A DNA stretch of 47,959 bases, taken from IMG/VR virus record IMGVR_UViG_3300031757_000002, positions 1 to 47,959 of that record, one strand, 5' to 3'. The position numbers and the translations under genes are program-made. Within the stretch, counting starts at the first letter, position 1. Every line of letters begins with the position of its first letter. Below, one piece after another: positions 14,401 to 20,996 of the stretch. The notes under the pieces were generated by a model. That model did not search any database, was not told where the DNA came from, and worked only from the letters and a program-made list of their open reading frames with translations. The stretch is from a virus. Lineage: Duplodnaviria > Caudoviricetes.

Positions 14401-15452
14401 ACACAGTCCCCTGGGGATACCTAGAAGAAAAGCCAATGGGCTACGCATTTACCAGATTCTTGGTATACAACTGGTTCGAGGAGTGCTGGACACATTTGTC
14501 GGTGCCAAACGTCCAGCACAACAGAAAGTATGTAATCTATTCCGATAATCCAATAACCGACTGGCCCAGCAGTAGTCTCCAATCTACGTTACATATAGAC
14601 GGAGAGAGTGCGCAGGGCAGCAATCAAATAAACCCCGACACTTTCGTGGAAGTGCAAGAAAATGGGCGACCAAACAAACTCGATAAGCAACAGTACGTAT
14701 ACGAAATCCTAGACCCTAGCAACAACGCGAGCTCGAACGAGAATGTCCGTACGCATCCAAGCCATATAGCGTACTGGTCATCTTGGGCGAACTCAAAAGG
14801 GTATAAATTCGGAAATTTGGCAAAAAAAGTGGAAGGGAAAAAACTAATAACAAGAGTTGTCCCGTTGAATGATTTCGCGGAGCCATTGATGCACACTGAC
14901 GCTGATGGAGATGCCTATGCGCAAGCAAGATGGAATGGAGTGCAAGATCACCTAACTCCCTTAAGCATCGGGACGGAAGAGTCCATGGAGGGCATACCTG
15001 GCACAGAGAAACCAGAAGAACCAGACTCTTTTTACTTGTCGATCGGAACACTATTGGTATCCAACAATAAATACGTTTTGCCAACTTCAGAAGAGCCTCC
15101 CTACCCCGAGCATCATAAATTTTCCGATATTGCCAGCAGGCACAATGACGAGAGCTTACACGTCCAGACGGGGGAAATTGAAATAGACGAATTCACTACC
15201 CCGCTCTCTGGAGAAGATAGAAAAAAACTTGCCCTTCAGGCCGTGTGGGTAGCCAGTGATTATGGCTTTGCGGCGGCCGACGCCGATACCTCTAGCCCCC
15301 CAAATTCTCGGTATGTATACGAAATAGCAACACATTTAAGCGAGGAAGAGCTGAAGGGAATAGGTAAGACGAATCCAATAAAGTGGAAAGGAATAGATAA
15401 CGACCCCAATTCCGCCACCTACGGTGAAGCGACAACCGAAGACCCCGAATGA
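2484..15452 (+). CDS. Giant 4322-aa modular protein: Thr-rich mucin-like tracts, repeated Cys-rich modules and an internal leishmanolysin-like zinc metallopeptidase domain; probable virion fibre or adhesin
   Basis: Continuous ORF. HELTH at 9402-9416 is followed by SH, VMGP and SKLDIAMLEDLG. CC...C(W/Y)KV and GCY modules repeat. No obvious N-terminal signal peptide. Confidence 0.85.
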   Translation: MPEDPTDNPLDIERSAMPGGWVVDEVFLSSIPDYRGGKQQPWAGCYKYKNLLGRWVSECDPKFQISHVSLSLTNSSILEGQYRLIEIIDDSKIESPMLHWEDFRVKYNLLKDTDDPTAVDADNDGIKKPLRPALSPLAGSKYTLGLDPTGKSSFLYSIKFFYRGFIDVGAVRIESSCDIATTSNNISPRNFKCPSTPTITKTLVDCQSAMLLLESCCDGTGNPGYNLSGKKQSRVIIVSQLNTGATYSERHAANPPLVCPTDYLFEDDPLWVSLSKPHYITALKWNGKKYIWKIYDEHTGEFLCYELQKAALRNLAKYEHDVQRVGGVDVSNEWRAIQHYADANGIQVEDNFDETLIKVSKRDGTPYDKDDLINKDCPPVTKTSTITSSETTTPTAVPTPTVTASRTPISNSFVARNCCDRGKYLWFYMEDGEESVLGTDLPNLTGDIIKYKGECWDIIRVYDDLFRERVSGNPWKKITPSEIELKDSCADADCPSCTTYLLLQHCCPGAYRQVEGDTGDVRKWIKASEIKYGPATYTTSVFYEKYTKYLIDSTVKLDDNQCWKVVEAFTTTEELTADFDFQTDFTRVQEYYLYDKYADYISDFESITPTVIQVSKKTIPESKGCDDPSCMPCPTPTGTGTYTPVPTGTHTIVPTGTATRSKTPTETATRTTSKTKTDTPTASFTGTKSSSVTGTSTVSKTGTPTATVTQTTTSSGTPSITRTGTPTASFTGTKSSSVTGTSTPTATVSSSLVGGELYITIKDCCPYLFDDELKIWTTIGNSSLYHNFKVSGLIRDEANNKWTDTSNLALGDVVSWNTTALESHQSTEISSRKKRCSEIYAIEVAPLPSTTYTEIKTFSLLGKERSALKLESKSGCGEVSRVDCPCPRELYLALENCCDSPNSQWPEEARKRKKYSFVRTDKYFFEGNVLQIGNLDPSNLACWKVVDILSAPSDSVTDSTKVLEWTKKHDISLFDIDFDHAKRVKVISDCDDCPIEPHCSTPSSTNTGTRSATDTRSATGTRSNTVTPSLSIHPTPTITASLTPCTVDFDICVEAQSAGFKAYEGCYHWDAIEEKWIKPCEDKEWKYQILYQGTADKFALYRTKVSNAAQGEVAGTWEPTRLEDSLSHAKPRTDKMCDPFDWWAQQKTIDGKFSISKGCETCDACPTPTTTGTFSVTATKSAVPTQTFTGTKTASATGTVSATLTLTYSTTSSGTSTPTPTSTPTYEDICLDASVANISPKFGGCYRWNESKGYWESDCSTPEDKQVIAIIRGLGFEWEDPDHFAIIKSIQGDMEYIEKLVITPDPFFPSIQGVSKGCAGCIACSTPTNTSSGTITSTGTATISPTSTLSGTATLSATSTSSKTETLTSSVSTTPLCDCASIIKPASGSSLLQVTTIERYVPFGVFREEDLIWTDDASLERIYDSYIASLGGEDACKYSLLTNNLHECDHYWNKYTTGLTYVGPPAPPEKIGQEIEYADLMLCCAPETPTVTESPTPSSSHKPTPTATSSRTGCDCDEDGLIQFYIRFSKKTLLDTTICLPDTDNAQNYSDYVDLLSEIGNIPSSTIRNGMTEDLWTGPQFTEESFLHLKSFFAAKKSIESRVLENPCEGHRGRGKDPLIGNCDLSQADLHLILDIRSVGTSSPRVLKRSTESQLPQIADVGIEGNAEIKILNGLSGYSPDAAGILFPSTTSTKLNKYGSPLFSSSKALDKCGVPLVTGEDIIFFHGVETWDLYNTKANILSEHGWLGIPLNKAWSSKSGFHSSSDNWFHSEPIYVASENIHGGTSIVCIPPVKDLGITELNYRLLDDLCYDVTGPTTTSFEIEKDKCETCATPTSTKTIVPTRTTSQSLADQPPKSTPTKTASDTITFVDPCENDFCFTELWKYIFGADAKVGEESCIGFGASIEFVDSWVDDEGDRHTRLEKVNLLLPKPVEPWHPPTVEGREAYLRDIRLAFAAFQSFCYCRGWNFNKQGPGAPSGFGELITQETHPGLYLGAYDPVQGGTGVGWLTPGKIYKRKRQVFSNGEGAYVYKDEEYGDRSKGEFECDDITFAKRDPEAGYSLDQIYTSDLFQATAGVQGWEMFAEFWKVADYLCEDCNLQYPEIDYTRAWDDVFAGKQTVIKASDQTSSEDTIPYKVLSSGILGKPGNKGHRNAWTKLYEILKGNIGPIDYGEEYPGSPGTSYLQDVHPNTALFLVNSVNCWHVSKLGNYFSQYVQTKLVIDVSEPIEAGKEMEAIAAMGTIGYTDLAGFSYDWSKSTNYKYGSPEDGAERHFHLGVTGKAFYGSAWYGPWGSGTGKGSRRWAVALHELTHNWINGGTIVAQAKHYGELAGVEEFDEEHPFLEIKTLYNASGCDPHDIFLFKGEKTLAEYKRKLALLGFPTDDVRGVPIGNSRGHRGKNSPPSHIHDEASAHGGGSWYDPDTKSSYPVSYDWVMGPRANSRGQLQGYSKLDIAMLEDLGLSLDCEGEDWRIICNNDCDPNCKNQCKVILKVQYDCQGWTPPDDHVHDWGAGSIPHHHGARIKNLGFSEISIEARAWIKDNGQWVIEGANDPTITNKNAFQLKDSEGASTRNKWIRWNPWTDYGYGDDGHGGTIKADFEDVKTGNKNDLAIPDGSPAELVWSHDEATTNYIGYTEKSICEWRMVLDVGGEYGLGAEDCLSWQLPWADSIEGTIDALEGQYGTQRASDLFPCACETPTITASRTPLPTATKTASRTPLPTATKTIVPTPTGSATITTSATTTATGTDTTTATGTDTTTATGTNTTTATGTDTTTATGTNTTTATGTDTTTATGTNTTTATGTNTTTATGTDTTTATGTDTTTATGTNTTTATGTNTTTATGTNTTTATGTDTTTATGTASATGTASATGTASATGTASATGTASATVTGTLSVTETGTPTASFTGTKTSSVTGTSTVSKTGTPTTTRTGTNTTTATGTGTGTTTATGTGTTTATGTGTTTATGTGTTTATGTGTTTATGTATVTVTGTGTVTVTGTRTSTATATRTSTITATKTIVPTPTGTATATKTIVPTPTGTATATGTSTITTTVSKTIVPTPTGTATATGTSTITVTKTIVPTPTGTATATGTSTITTTVSKTIIPTGTKTIVPTPTCTVSTSASLDDGFCINTGEAIKIGGETYVIDGCYPHGKTYSQDPGAKYYIQKSTRGSDKLGIKVKDDKYTLIKKGTGATKVIVVGDITSHSGKIEELTEECDDCKEAYYVALKKCSDPAANSSSTLMTAAFGTIYYLAINGDLIDGKTSAEIKGTTIVIPSDSGKDECYKVEEEYSLKSLTSEQKSNLLEEEIFGPKGQSAQESAVDCVTAEDAECVCCELDLKIQAGDDSAKAEFEEKCCKEITKTPAGPSIFGTEGVEHIPGPAVAGQVSPTPILKQDSGQEWHYEICSLEEGFDFAKITIDYDKLSSSLTGASKGNGKLTTEVKSITASRNTYNKQINQGTNNIAQQRRGEFVKIENSFETPSPLSPVDKDKKAVRKNTSTRFQRYFFEKSEFSARETTSGEKKNITVKWTPDFSSRVIEPNCDIWKSGFEGSTTHPTAGYGLVISDKKYSINVNLSIKINCDPDVDDAKCYFLEVSVPLSFKRKGCDWDPIPTASYTCDADSQGRDKKTKKCCDPDSDPCPTPSQSISATPTLNENLPYIYVPEPSENRSADGLPAMIMGTSPKHLSDTDGDGSFDAFSTVSIPWAADQTNINFDEEAPVGQESAGMIKDIPVANHIFQIEGWGNGYIEQITEEDNVNESEAVAKIWAEKKAWMWQPDDIEFKPWTIRNRADSVAAKATATEDPNIYDHAGLPHYDATLYEGEGREGFGRSVGSIGHLFSYNATGQLIEIDDGEPYVDAEGVETPTINIKPVQASKLAIRDKSVDEIANLAYGNVAMVSTSKEGSNEMGELALFRMTDDETVSLSYSYGSRWRKEGGDLNEGATGTGSIKDSLPTALPDGGTEDVTATHTFTGLEANYHTVPWGYLEEKPMGYAFTRFLVYNWFEECWTHLSVPNVQHNRKYVIYSDNPITDWPSSSLQSTLHIDGESAQGSNQINPDTFVEVQENGRPNKLDKQQYVYEILDPSNNASSNENVRTHPSHIAYWSSWANSKGYKFGNLAKKVEGKKLITRVVPLNDFAEPLMHTDADGDAYAQARWNGVQDHLTPLSIGTEESMEGIPGTEKPEEPDSFYLSIGTLLVSNNKYVLPTSEEPPYPEHHKFSDIASRHNDESLHVQTGEIEIDEFTTPLSGEDRKKLALQAVWVASDYGFAAADADTSSPPNSRYVYEIATHLSEEELKGIGKTNPIKWKGIDNDPNSATYGEATTEDPE
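4512..4718 (+). repeat. Two copies of a TPTASFTGTKSSSVTGTST block; a third copy lies at about 11163-11249
   Basis: ACCCCCACAGCCTCATTCACGGG(G/A)ACAAAAA... occurs at about 4518, 4656 and 11169. Confidence 0.85.
10575..10646 (+). repeat. 36-bp tandem duplication (TASRTPLPTATK x2)
   Basis: ACGGCGAGCAGAACGCCACTCCCCACGGCAACAAAA twice, identical. Confidence 0.9.
10695..11051 (+). repeat. 24-bp coding tandem repeat, TTTATGT(D/N) x14 plus a partial unit
   Basis: ACCACTACGGCAACTGGAACC(G/A)AT; the only variable base switches GAT/AAT. Confidence 0.95.
11052..11123 (+). repeat. 18-bp coding tandem repeat, ASATGT x4
   Basis: GCTTCGGCCACTGGAACA x4. Confidence 0.95.
11298..11417 (+). repeat. 24-bp coding repeat, GTTTATGT x5
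   Basis: GG(C/T)ACTACTACGGCAACTGG(A/G)AC units. Confidence 0.9.
11514..11813 (+). repeat. [14 protein letters not shown] repeats with variable linkers
   Basis: AAAACGATTGTCCCGACGCCAACA at 11514, 11556, 11628, 11694 and 11790. Confidence 0.9.
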
Positions 15453-15456
15453 AAAT

Positions 15457-15484
15457 TTGACTTAAATAAAAGTCCGTATATATC
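15457..15484 (+). promoter_or_regulatory. Sigma70-like promoter, probably leaderless
   Basis: TTGACT-N16-TATATC, then 7 nt to ATG 15492. Confidence 0.65.
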
Positions 15485-15491
15485 AATATAT

Positions 15492-15869
15492 ATGGCAAAG
15501 AGAAAACCTAGTTGGAAATCAACGTCTATAGACAGAATCTTAGTTCTGCCTAAAAGGTTTCCATGCAAGCTGCTAGGAACGATTTACATCAAAAACAAAG
15601 GATCATTCTACGCAAGAGAAATGAAAATGTTCGAAGCGCTCATTAAGAAGTATCCCAAGCAAGACTTCTGGGAGAAGGCAGTTTTCCCCCAAAAACCAGA
15701 AAGCCTTAGTTTTTTTGCGAGTGACTTCGGGAAAAAAATTCTAAAAGAAAAATATAACGAATTTAATTATAAAATACCGAAGGCGGAGACCTTCTCCCTA
15801 GGAGAAAAACATGGAGAAGATAAGGTTGTAGAAGTAAAACCCAAAACGATAAAAGATTTTTTAAAATAA
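15492..15869 (+). CDS. Hypothetical basic protein
   Basis: 125-aa Lys-rich ORF directly behind a promoter motif; no recognised family. Confidence 0.7.
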   Translation: MAKRKPSWKSTSIDRILVLPKRFPCKLLGTIYIKNKGSFYAREMKMFEALIKKYPKQDFWEKAVFPQKPESLSFFASDFGKKILKEKYNEFNYKIPKAETFSLGEKHGEDKVVEVKPKTIKDFLK

Positions 15870-15870
15870 T

Positions 15871-15898
15871 TTGATAAATCATAATAGAAACATATATT
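15871..15898 (+). promoter_or_regulatory. Sigma70-like promoter, probably leaderless
   Basis: TTGATA-N16-TATATT-N6-ATG (15905). Confidence 0.65.
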
Positions 15899-15904
15899 AA
15901 GTCA

Positions 15905-17002
15905 ATGAAAGAAAGTGATACCGTAAATCAAATTAATAAATTTCTATCAGACAAAGACAACAAGAAATACCATTACAACGACGCAAAAACCCAAGACTAT
16001 AAAATTTCGACGGGAAGTCTAAATTTAGACCTAGCACTAGGAGGAGGAATATCCGCTGGGGTACATAGGTTCACTGGGATAAATGAAGGGGGGAAAACTA
16101 GCTGTGCCCTCTCGATAGCCAGAGAGTTTCAAAAACAATTTAAAAACGGAATGGTCGTATTGGTCATGAGCGAAGGAAGATGCTCCAAAGAAATGCTGGA
16201 CAGAATAGGAATAGATACTGATCCAGAAAAATTCTTTAAATTCGACTGTAATGTTTTCGAAAAAGTTTTTGAACTCGTGAGAATGCTAGTAAAAGACAAT
16301 ATAGAAGACAAGAAGTACTTTTTCTTGATTGACAGTATAGATGCATTATGCAGGCTTAATGACGTAGATAAGGCGTTTGAAGACAGCGAGCAGGTAGCGG
16401 GAGGGGCACTAATAACATCAGTTTTTTTAAAAAAAATGGTACTTCCTATCGCAAAATTAAACCACATGATGATATTAACAAGCCAAGTGAGGGTAGAGGT
16501 TTCGGCAAATCCCTACGCCTCCAGAGGAGGTCCTAAGGCAAAAGAAGCGGGAGGGAACGCAGTAAAACACTATGCGAATTTTATACTTGAATTCCAAGAA
16601 AGGTACACGAGCGACATATTATTCACAAATCCATCCGCAACAAGAATAGACGAGAAAGGAGATCCAATAGGGCATTACTGCAAGATCAAGTTCAAGAAGT
16701 CCATTAACGAAAGGACTGGCTCCCAAGTAAGGTATCCAATAAAATATGGCAGAAAAAACGGAAACAGCGTGTGGATAGAGCGAGAAATTCTAGACCTAAT
16801 GAAGCTATGGGGATATTTAGAACAAAAAGGATCTTGGATATCCATAGACCAAGAATTAATAGATAAAATGAAATCAAAAAAAATAGAGTGTCCAGAAAAA
16901 ATACAAGGAGAGCACAATTTAGTTGAATTAGTTGAAAACTCCCCTAAGATAAAAGACTTCTTATTTAATTATATAAAACAAGAACTTAACAATATATCAT
17001 GA
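15905..17002 (+). CDS. recA: RecA/UvsX-like recombinase
   Basis: ISTGSLNLDLALGGG, Walker A GINEGGKT, Walker B LIDSI, SQVR, GGNAVKHYA. Confidence 0.92.
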   Translation: MKESDTVNQINKFLSDKDNKKYHYNDAKTQDYKISTGSLNLDLALGGGISAGVHRFTGINEGGKTSCALSIAREFQKQFKNGMVVLVMSEGRCSKEMLDRIGIDTDPEKFFKFDCNVFEKVFELVRMLVKDNIEDKKYFFLIDSIDALCRLNDVDKAFEDSEQVAGGALITSVFLKKMVLPIAKLNHMMILTSQVRVEVSANPYASRGGPKAKEAGGNAVKHYANFILEFQERYTSDILFTNPSATRIDEKGDPIGHYCKIKFKKSINERTGSQVRYPIKYGRKNGNSVWIEREILDLMKLWGYLEQKGSWISIDQELIDKMKSKKIECPEKIQGEHNLVELVENSPKIKDFLFNYIKQELNNIS

Positions 17003-18150
17003 AAAAAGATAAAACCGAAGCGGTAGACGGAGAGTTTTCTGCGATAGCAGAAGCTGTTGATGAGATCGAAAAAAATGAAGTTTGGGTAGGGGAAGGCGAC
17101 GCCTCGCGAGCCAATGGACTAAGAAAGGCTGCGGCGGAGAACACAATACTAGGCTATGTCCCCAGAACAGACGGCAAGAAATACACAGTAATGCTTGCGC
17201 ACTGGAATGGCAGGTTCGGAAATAGAATGCACCAATATGCCTACGGGGCAACTTACGCGAAAAATAACGATGTAAATTTCGAGCTCCCCTCAGATTGGGA
17301 AGGCACACATATTTTCAAAAATCAAAAGCATACAGTTGTAGAAGACGATGAGTTGCGCCTCTGGCTGAACCAAACCTCCCCAGAGCTAGATACCCTAGAG
17401 GCAAGGCTGAATGCGATAAAATCATTCACGGAAAGAAGCGGGGAGCAGTTTAATTATGTCAATGTAGACAAGCCCGAAGAGAACTACAGAAAACAGGGAA
17501 ACGTTACCTTCGACAGTGTATGCGCGTATCACGACTCAATCTTCAAATCGATGTCCAAAGACTACCTCCTGAATGACGTTTTCGCATTCAACGATCATGT
17601 TAAAAATTCCGAAATCTACAAAAGACTGGAAGACAAACAGGGCACTTATGATATTGCGCACTTAAGAAGAGACGACATCTCCAACGTGAATTACAAGCAG
17701 AACGGGGGGTACTCTGTAGTGAGCAAGAAATCCTACAAGAAAGCCTTTAAGGAGCATGGCTATGACCCAGAGCAGGTGAAATGGACGAGCGATGACTGGA
17801 CTGGAAACTGGGGAGTAGGAAAGCCCAGTCAAAACTTCGGATGGAATTACCCAGAGGGCGCAGTATATAACCCAGAGCACATATTCGATTTCTTTGAAGA
17901 CTTCCTTAAGCTTTATTTCGCAAGAACTATCTTTAGGGCGAATTCGTCATTTAGCTGGTGGGCAGCTTTTTTATCCGAACAAAGAGAACAGCCAGCAAAG
18001 ATCTTTGCCCCTAGGCTCGATAAGAAGATCCTGTATGCCTCAAAGGAGAATTACAAGGAAGAGGGAGAGTTTGACTTTGAGGAAGGAAACCACCCGCACT
18101 GGCTATGCACGACCCAAGAGAATAGATGTAACGATATTGTTATAAAATAA
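16999..18150 (+). CDS. GT11-family (alpha-1,2-fucosyltransferase-like) glycosyltransferase
   Basis: GRFGNRMHQYA, HLRRDD (HxRRxD) and ANSSFSWWAAFL motifs. Confidence 0.82.
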   Translation: MKKDKTEAVDGEFSAIAEAVDEIEKNEVWVGEGDASRANGLRKAAAENTILGYVPRTDGKKYTVMLAHWNGRFGNRMHQYAYGATYAKNNDVNFELPSDWEGTHIFKNQKHTVVEDDELRLWLNQTSPELDTLEARLNAIKSFTERSGEQFNYVNVDKPEENYRKQGNVTFDSVCAYHDSIFKSMSKDYLLNDVFAFNDHVKNSEIYKRLEDKQGTYDIAHLRRDDISNVNYKQNGGYSVVSKKSYKKAFKEHGYDPEQVKWTSDDWTGNWGVGKPSQNFGWNYPEGAVYNPEHIFDFFEDFLKLYFARTIFRANSSFSWWAAFLSEQREQPAKIFAPRLDKKILYASKENYKEEGEFDFEEGNHPHWLCTTQENRCNDIVIK

Positions 18151-18801
18151 ATGAGCAAAGAGATGAGCATTGTATCCTCAATGGGGGGCACGGGGTCGAC
18201 TAGTTTTATACATTGGTTCTCTAAGAGGATACCCGTGAATTGCCACATAAACTCAGAGGGTCTTCCCAAAAAAGGGCAAGGGGCGAATCCTAAAGGCTTA
18301 AAGCATAGAATAACCCCACCAAGACAAAATGACACCTACCTGCCAAACCTCGGTCAAGCTTCCGAACCGATCAAACGTGCAGTTTTCATAACGGACACTC
18401 CCTACAATATAATACCTAGCCTCTTCAGAAGGAAGATAGCTGCGGGCCACGCAAAGGCAATTAGCGGCCATCGCCCAGAACACGATAACAATATGAGCTC
18501 TTTCCTCTCTCATGGGATTGATTCATTTTGCTTTTCAGATCAATTCCGCAACTGGGTAGACCACAAAAACGAGAGGTCGTACAAAAGGCTCATTATCAGA
18601 TTCCCGCATCTCTGGAACTATCTAGAACAAATTTTTGATTTTCTAGAAATCTCCAGGCTTGAGTTGTCAAAATTCCCGCCGCTAAAGCAAAGAAGCTCCT
18701 CATTCGACGCACTAACAGAAGAAGAGAAGGATAAATTTAAATCAATCTATTCAACACTGGACGAAGAAATCAATAATACGCCAAACTTAATAATAATATG
18801 A
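18151..18801 (+). CDS. Putative sulfotransferase-like / P-loop-fold protein
   Basis: N-terminal SMGGTGSTSF resembling a 5'-PSB loop; DTPYNIIPSL resembling a degenerate 3'-PB motif; lies in a glycan cluster. Confidence 0.45.
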   Translation: MSKEMSIVSSMGGTGSTSFIHWFSKRIPVNCHINSEGLPKKGQGANPKGLKHRITPPRQNDTYLPNLGQASEPIKRAVFITDTPYNIIPSLFRRKIAAGHAKAISGHRPEHDNNMSSFLSHGIDSFCFSDQFRNWVDHKNERSYKRLIIRFPHLWNYLEQIFDFLEISRLELSKFPPLKQRSSSFDALTEEEKDKFKSIYSTLDEEINNTPNLIII

Positions 18802-19394
18802 AGGAACTCTTTTCGGAAATTTTTCATAAAAACGAATGGAGATGCGCCGAAAGCGCAAGTGGTGCAGGATCAACGCTAGGATGGACGAAAAACCTCAGGG
18901 CTGGGCTACCCCTTCTACTGAAAGGGCTAGGCGTAAAAACCTTCCTCGACGTCCCCTGCGGAGATTTTAATTGGGCCAAAGAGGTGGACTGGGGCGGCAT
19001 CCACTACATAGGAGGAGACATAGTAGCTTCCCTCATAGAAAAAAACATGGAGCTCTATGATGACGAAATGACTTCTTTTAAACAAATAGATTTATCAAAG
19101 GACGAGCTACCCAAAGCGGACATTATTTTAGTCAGAGACTGCCTAATGCATATGTCCGTGGGAGATGCGGGGAAATGCCTTAAAAATATACAAAACAGCG
19201 ACATAAAGTACATTCTTGCATCAACGTATCCCCATAAAAAACAAAACAATTTATCATTTAGGACTTCTGCGAGCTTAAGCAGGCACAATCTAGAGGCGGA
19301 CCCGCTAAATCTACCAAAGCCTATCCTTTATTTAAACGACGCAAATAGGCATGTTTCAGAAAAGCTTCTTGGGCTTTGGAACAATGAAAGATAA
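18798..19394 (+). CDS. Class I SAM-dependent methyltransferase (glycan-cluster type)
   Basis: SGAGST, FLDVPCGDFNW, YIGGDIV, ADIILVRDCLMH. Confidence 0.8.
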   Translation: MKELFSEIFHKNEWRCAESASGAGSTLGWTKNLRAGLPLLLKGLGVKTFLDVPCGDFNWAKEVDWGGIHYIGGDIVASLIEKNMELYDDEMTSFKQIDLSKDELPKADIILVRDCLMHMSVGDAGKCLKNIQNSDIKYILASTYPHKKQNNLSFRTSASLSRHNLEADPLNLPKPILYLNDANRHVSEKLLGLWNNER

Positions 19395-19396
19395 TT

Positions 19397-20089
19397 ATGC
19401 ACAACAGAAGAAGAAGAGCTCGCGCAGCCACGGCCGCTCGAAACAAACCTATAGAAAAAATTAAACACGGCGTAGTTTACGGGGTCTCTGGAGCGGAAAG
19501 GAACCTGCTGGAGTGTGTATTTTCCGCCCAAAGCATAAAAAGAATACACCCAGATCTCAATATAAGCTTATTTGTAGATGACGTAAATGAAAAAAAAATT
19601 CGAGACAGGAGTTGCTTTGATAAAATTACAATAATCAAAAACCCGAACAGAAGAAATAAATTAGACGCAATACTCCAGTCTCCTTACGAAAGAACCCTAT
19701 ATTTAGATAATGACACAGAGCTAAAAAAACCCATACTGCTTGAGGCGTTTCGGCTCCTAGATAGGTTTGACATAGCATTAACTCACGCTCCGCTTAAAAG
19801 AGTTTGCACGAACATAGAACATATACCGAACTCATTTCCAGAATTCAACGGAGGAGTTATTTTATTCAAAGACTCCCCAGAAGTAAAATCGGTCATGCAG
19901 AGATGGAATGATGATTATCACGCAAGGAATATGAGAACAAGATATGGGCACAGAGACCAGCCTTACCTTAGAAGAGCCTTATGGGAATCAGATTTAAGAA
20001 TCGCAACCCTGCTTCCAGATTATAATAATAGAAGAAGGAGTAACCTAAGAACCTGCATAAGACACAGGCACAAACTCTATAAGCAATGA
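19397..20089 (+). CDS. GT-A nucleotide-diphospho-sugar transferase (GT8/GT77-like)
   Basis: RTLYLDND (DxD), EFNGGVILF, RDQPYLR. Confidence 0.78.
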   Translation: MHNRRRRARAATAARNKPIEKIKHGVVYGVSGAERNLLECVFSAQSIKRIHPDLNISLFVDDVNEKKIRDRSCFDKITIIKNPNRRNKLDAILQSPYERTLYLDNDTELKKPILLEAFRLLDRFDIALTHAPLKRVCTNIEHIPNSFPEFNGGVILFKDSPEVKSVMQRWNDDYHARNMRTRYGHRDQPYLRRALWESDLRIATLLPDYNNRRRSNLRTCIRHRHKLYKQ

Positions 20090-20778
20090 GGCAAAAAAAC
20101 ATAACGATATCATTACTCTACTATAACGACCAAGAGCATATATCCAAACACCTCAATGAGTGGAAGGAATACGATGATTTAGTTAAATTTCAAATCATAG
20201 ATGATGGCTCCGAGATCCCCGCAAGAAACTTCCTAAAAGATACTCTTTTTTCGGAGCTTGATTCCAATCTATATAGAATAGAGGACGACATACCGTGGAA
20301 CATCCCTGGTGCCAGAAACCTTAGCGCAACTGTTTGCTCCACCCCCCATATGTTGATTTGTGACATGGACCAAATTTTCCACAGGAAAGCTATAGATAGA
20401 ATGAATTCGCTGACTACTCTAGGCAACGGAAGATTCTACTCTTTCAAGAGATTCTCTGAAGTAGATCGCTTGAAACCAAAATGCAAAAGAAAAACCTGCG
20501 GAACAATGTTGCTCTCCATAGAGGACTGGTGGAAAGCGGGGGGGTACGATGAGGATATGGTCGGAAACTATGGACATAATGACCCATTATTCAGAAGACA
20601 GTTGCGAAAAGCAGGAATTAAAGAGAGCACGCCAGACATATATTGCGAAGAAATTTCCGCAGACTGCAAGCTAAGCAGGGTCTCCAGAAATAAAAGAAAA
20701 TATCATCAAAAAATAAAAGATCTTCCTAGGCAAAACTGGAACTGCCTTAGATTCAACTGGAAGCATGAAAAACTTTAA
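20086..20778 (+). CDS. GT2/GT7-like glycosyltransferase
   Basis: IIDDGS, WNIPGARN, DMD, GGYDEDMVGNYGHND. Confidence 0.78.
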   Translation: MRQKNITISLLYYNDQEHISKHLNEWKEYDDLVKFQIIDDGSEIPARNFLKDTLFSELDSNLYRIEDDIPWNIPGARNLSATVCSTPHMLICDMDQIFHRKAIDRMNSLTTLGNGRFYSFKRFSEVDRLKPKCKRKTCGTMLLSIEDWWKAGGYDEDMVGNYGHNDPLFRRQLRKAGIKESTPDIYCEEISADCKLSRVSRNKRKYHQKIKDLPRQNWNCLRFNWKHEKL

Positions 20779-20992
20779 ATTAAATTCTACACAAATAGTT
20801 TACTCGGAGCACCATTACGATGAATGTTTCGAGTATAGAGATGGGGGCAGAGTCCCCGACGGAGATGCCATAGGTTACGAGACGGAGGACGAAGGACTTA
20901 TTCTTTTTGAAGATATTAAATATAGTGAATACGATCACAAGCACTGGGATAATTACGAATTGGAATTTGATCCAAATCGCGTTATAATATAA
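20765..20992 (+). CDS. Small acidic hypothetical protein
   Basis: 75-aa ORF that fills the gap and overlaps the upstream stop. Confidence 0.55.
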   Translation: MKNFKLNSTQIVYSEHHYDECFEYRDGGRVPDGDAIGYETEDEGLILFEDIKYSEYDHKHWDNYELEFDPNRVII

Positions 20993-20996
20993 CGCA

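Noticed and set aside
2484-15452. Diversity-generating retroelement target
   Set aside because: No reverse transcriptase and no template/variable repeat pair with adenine-specific mismatches in the window.
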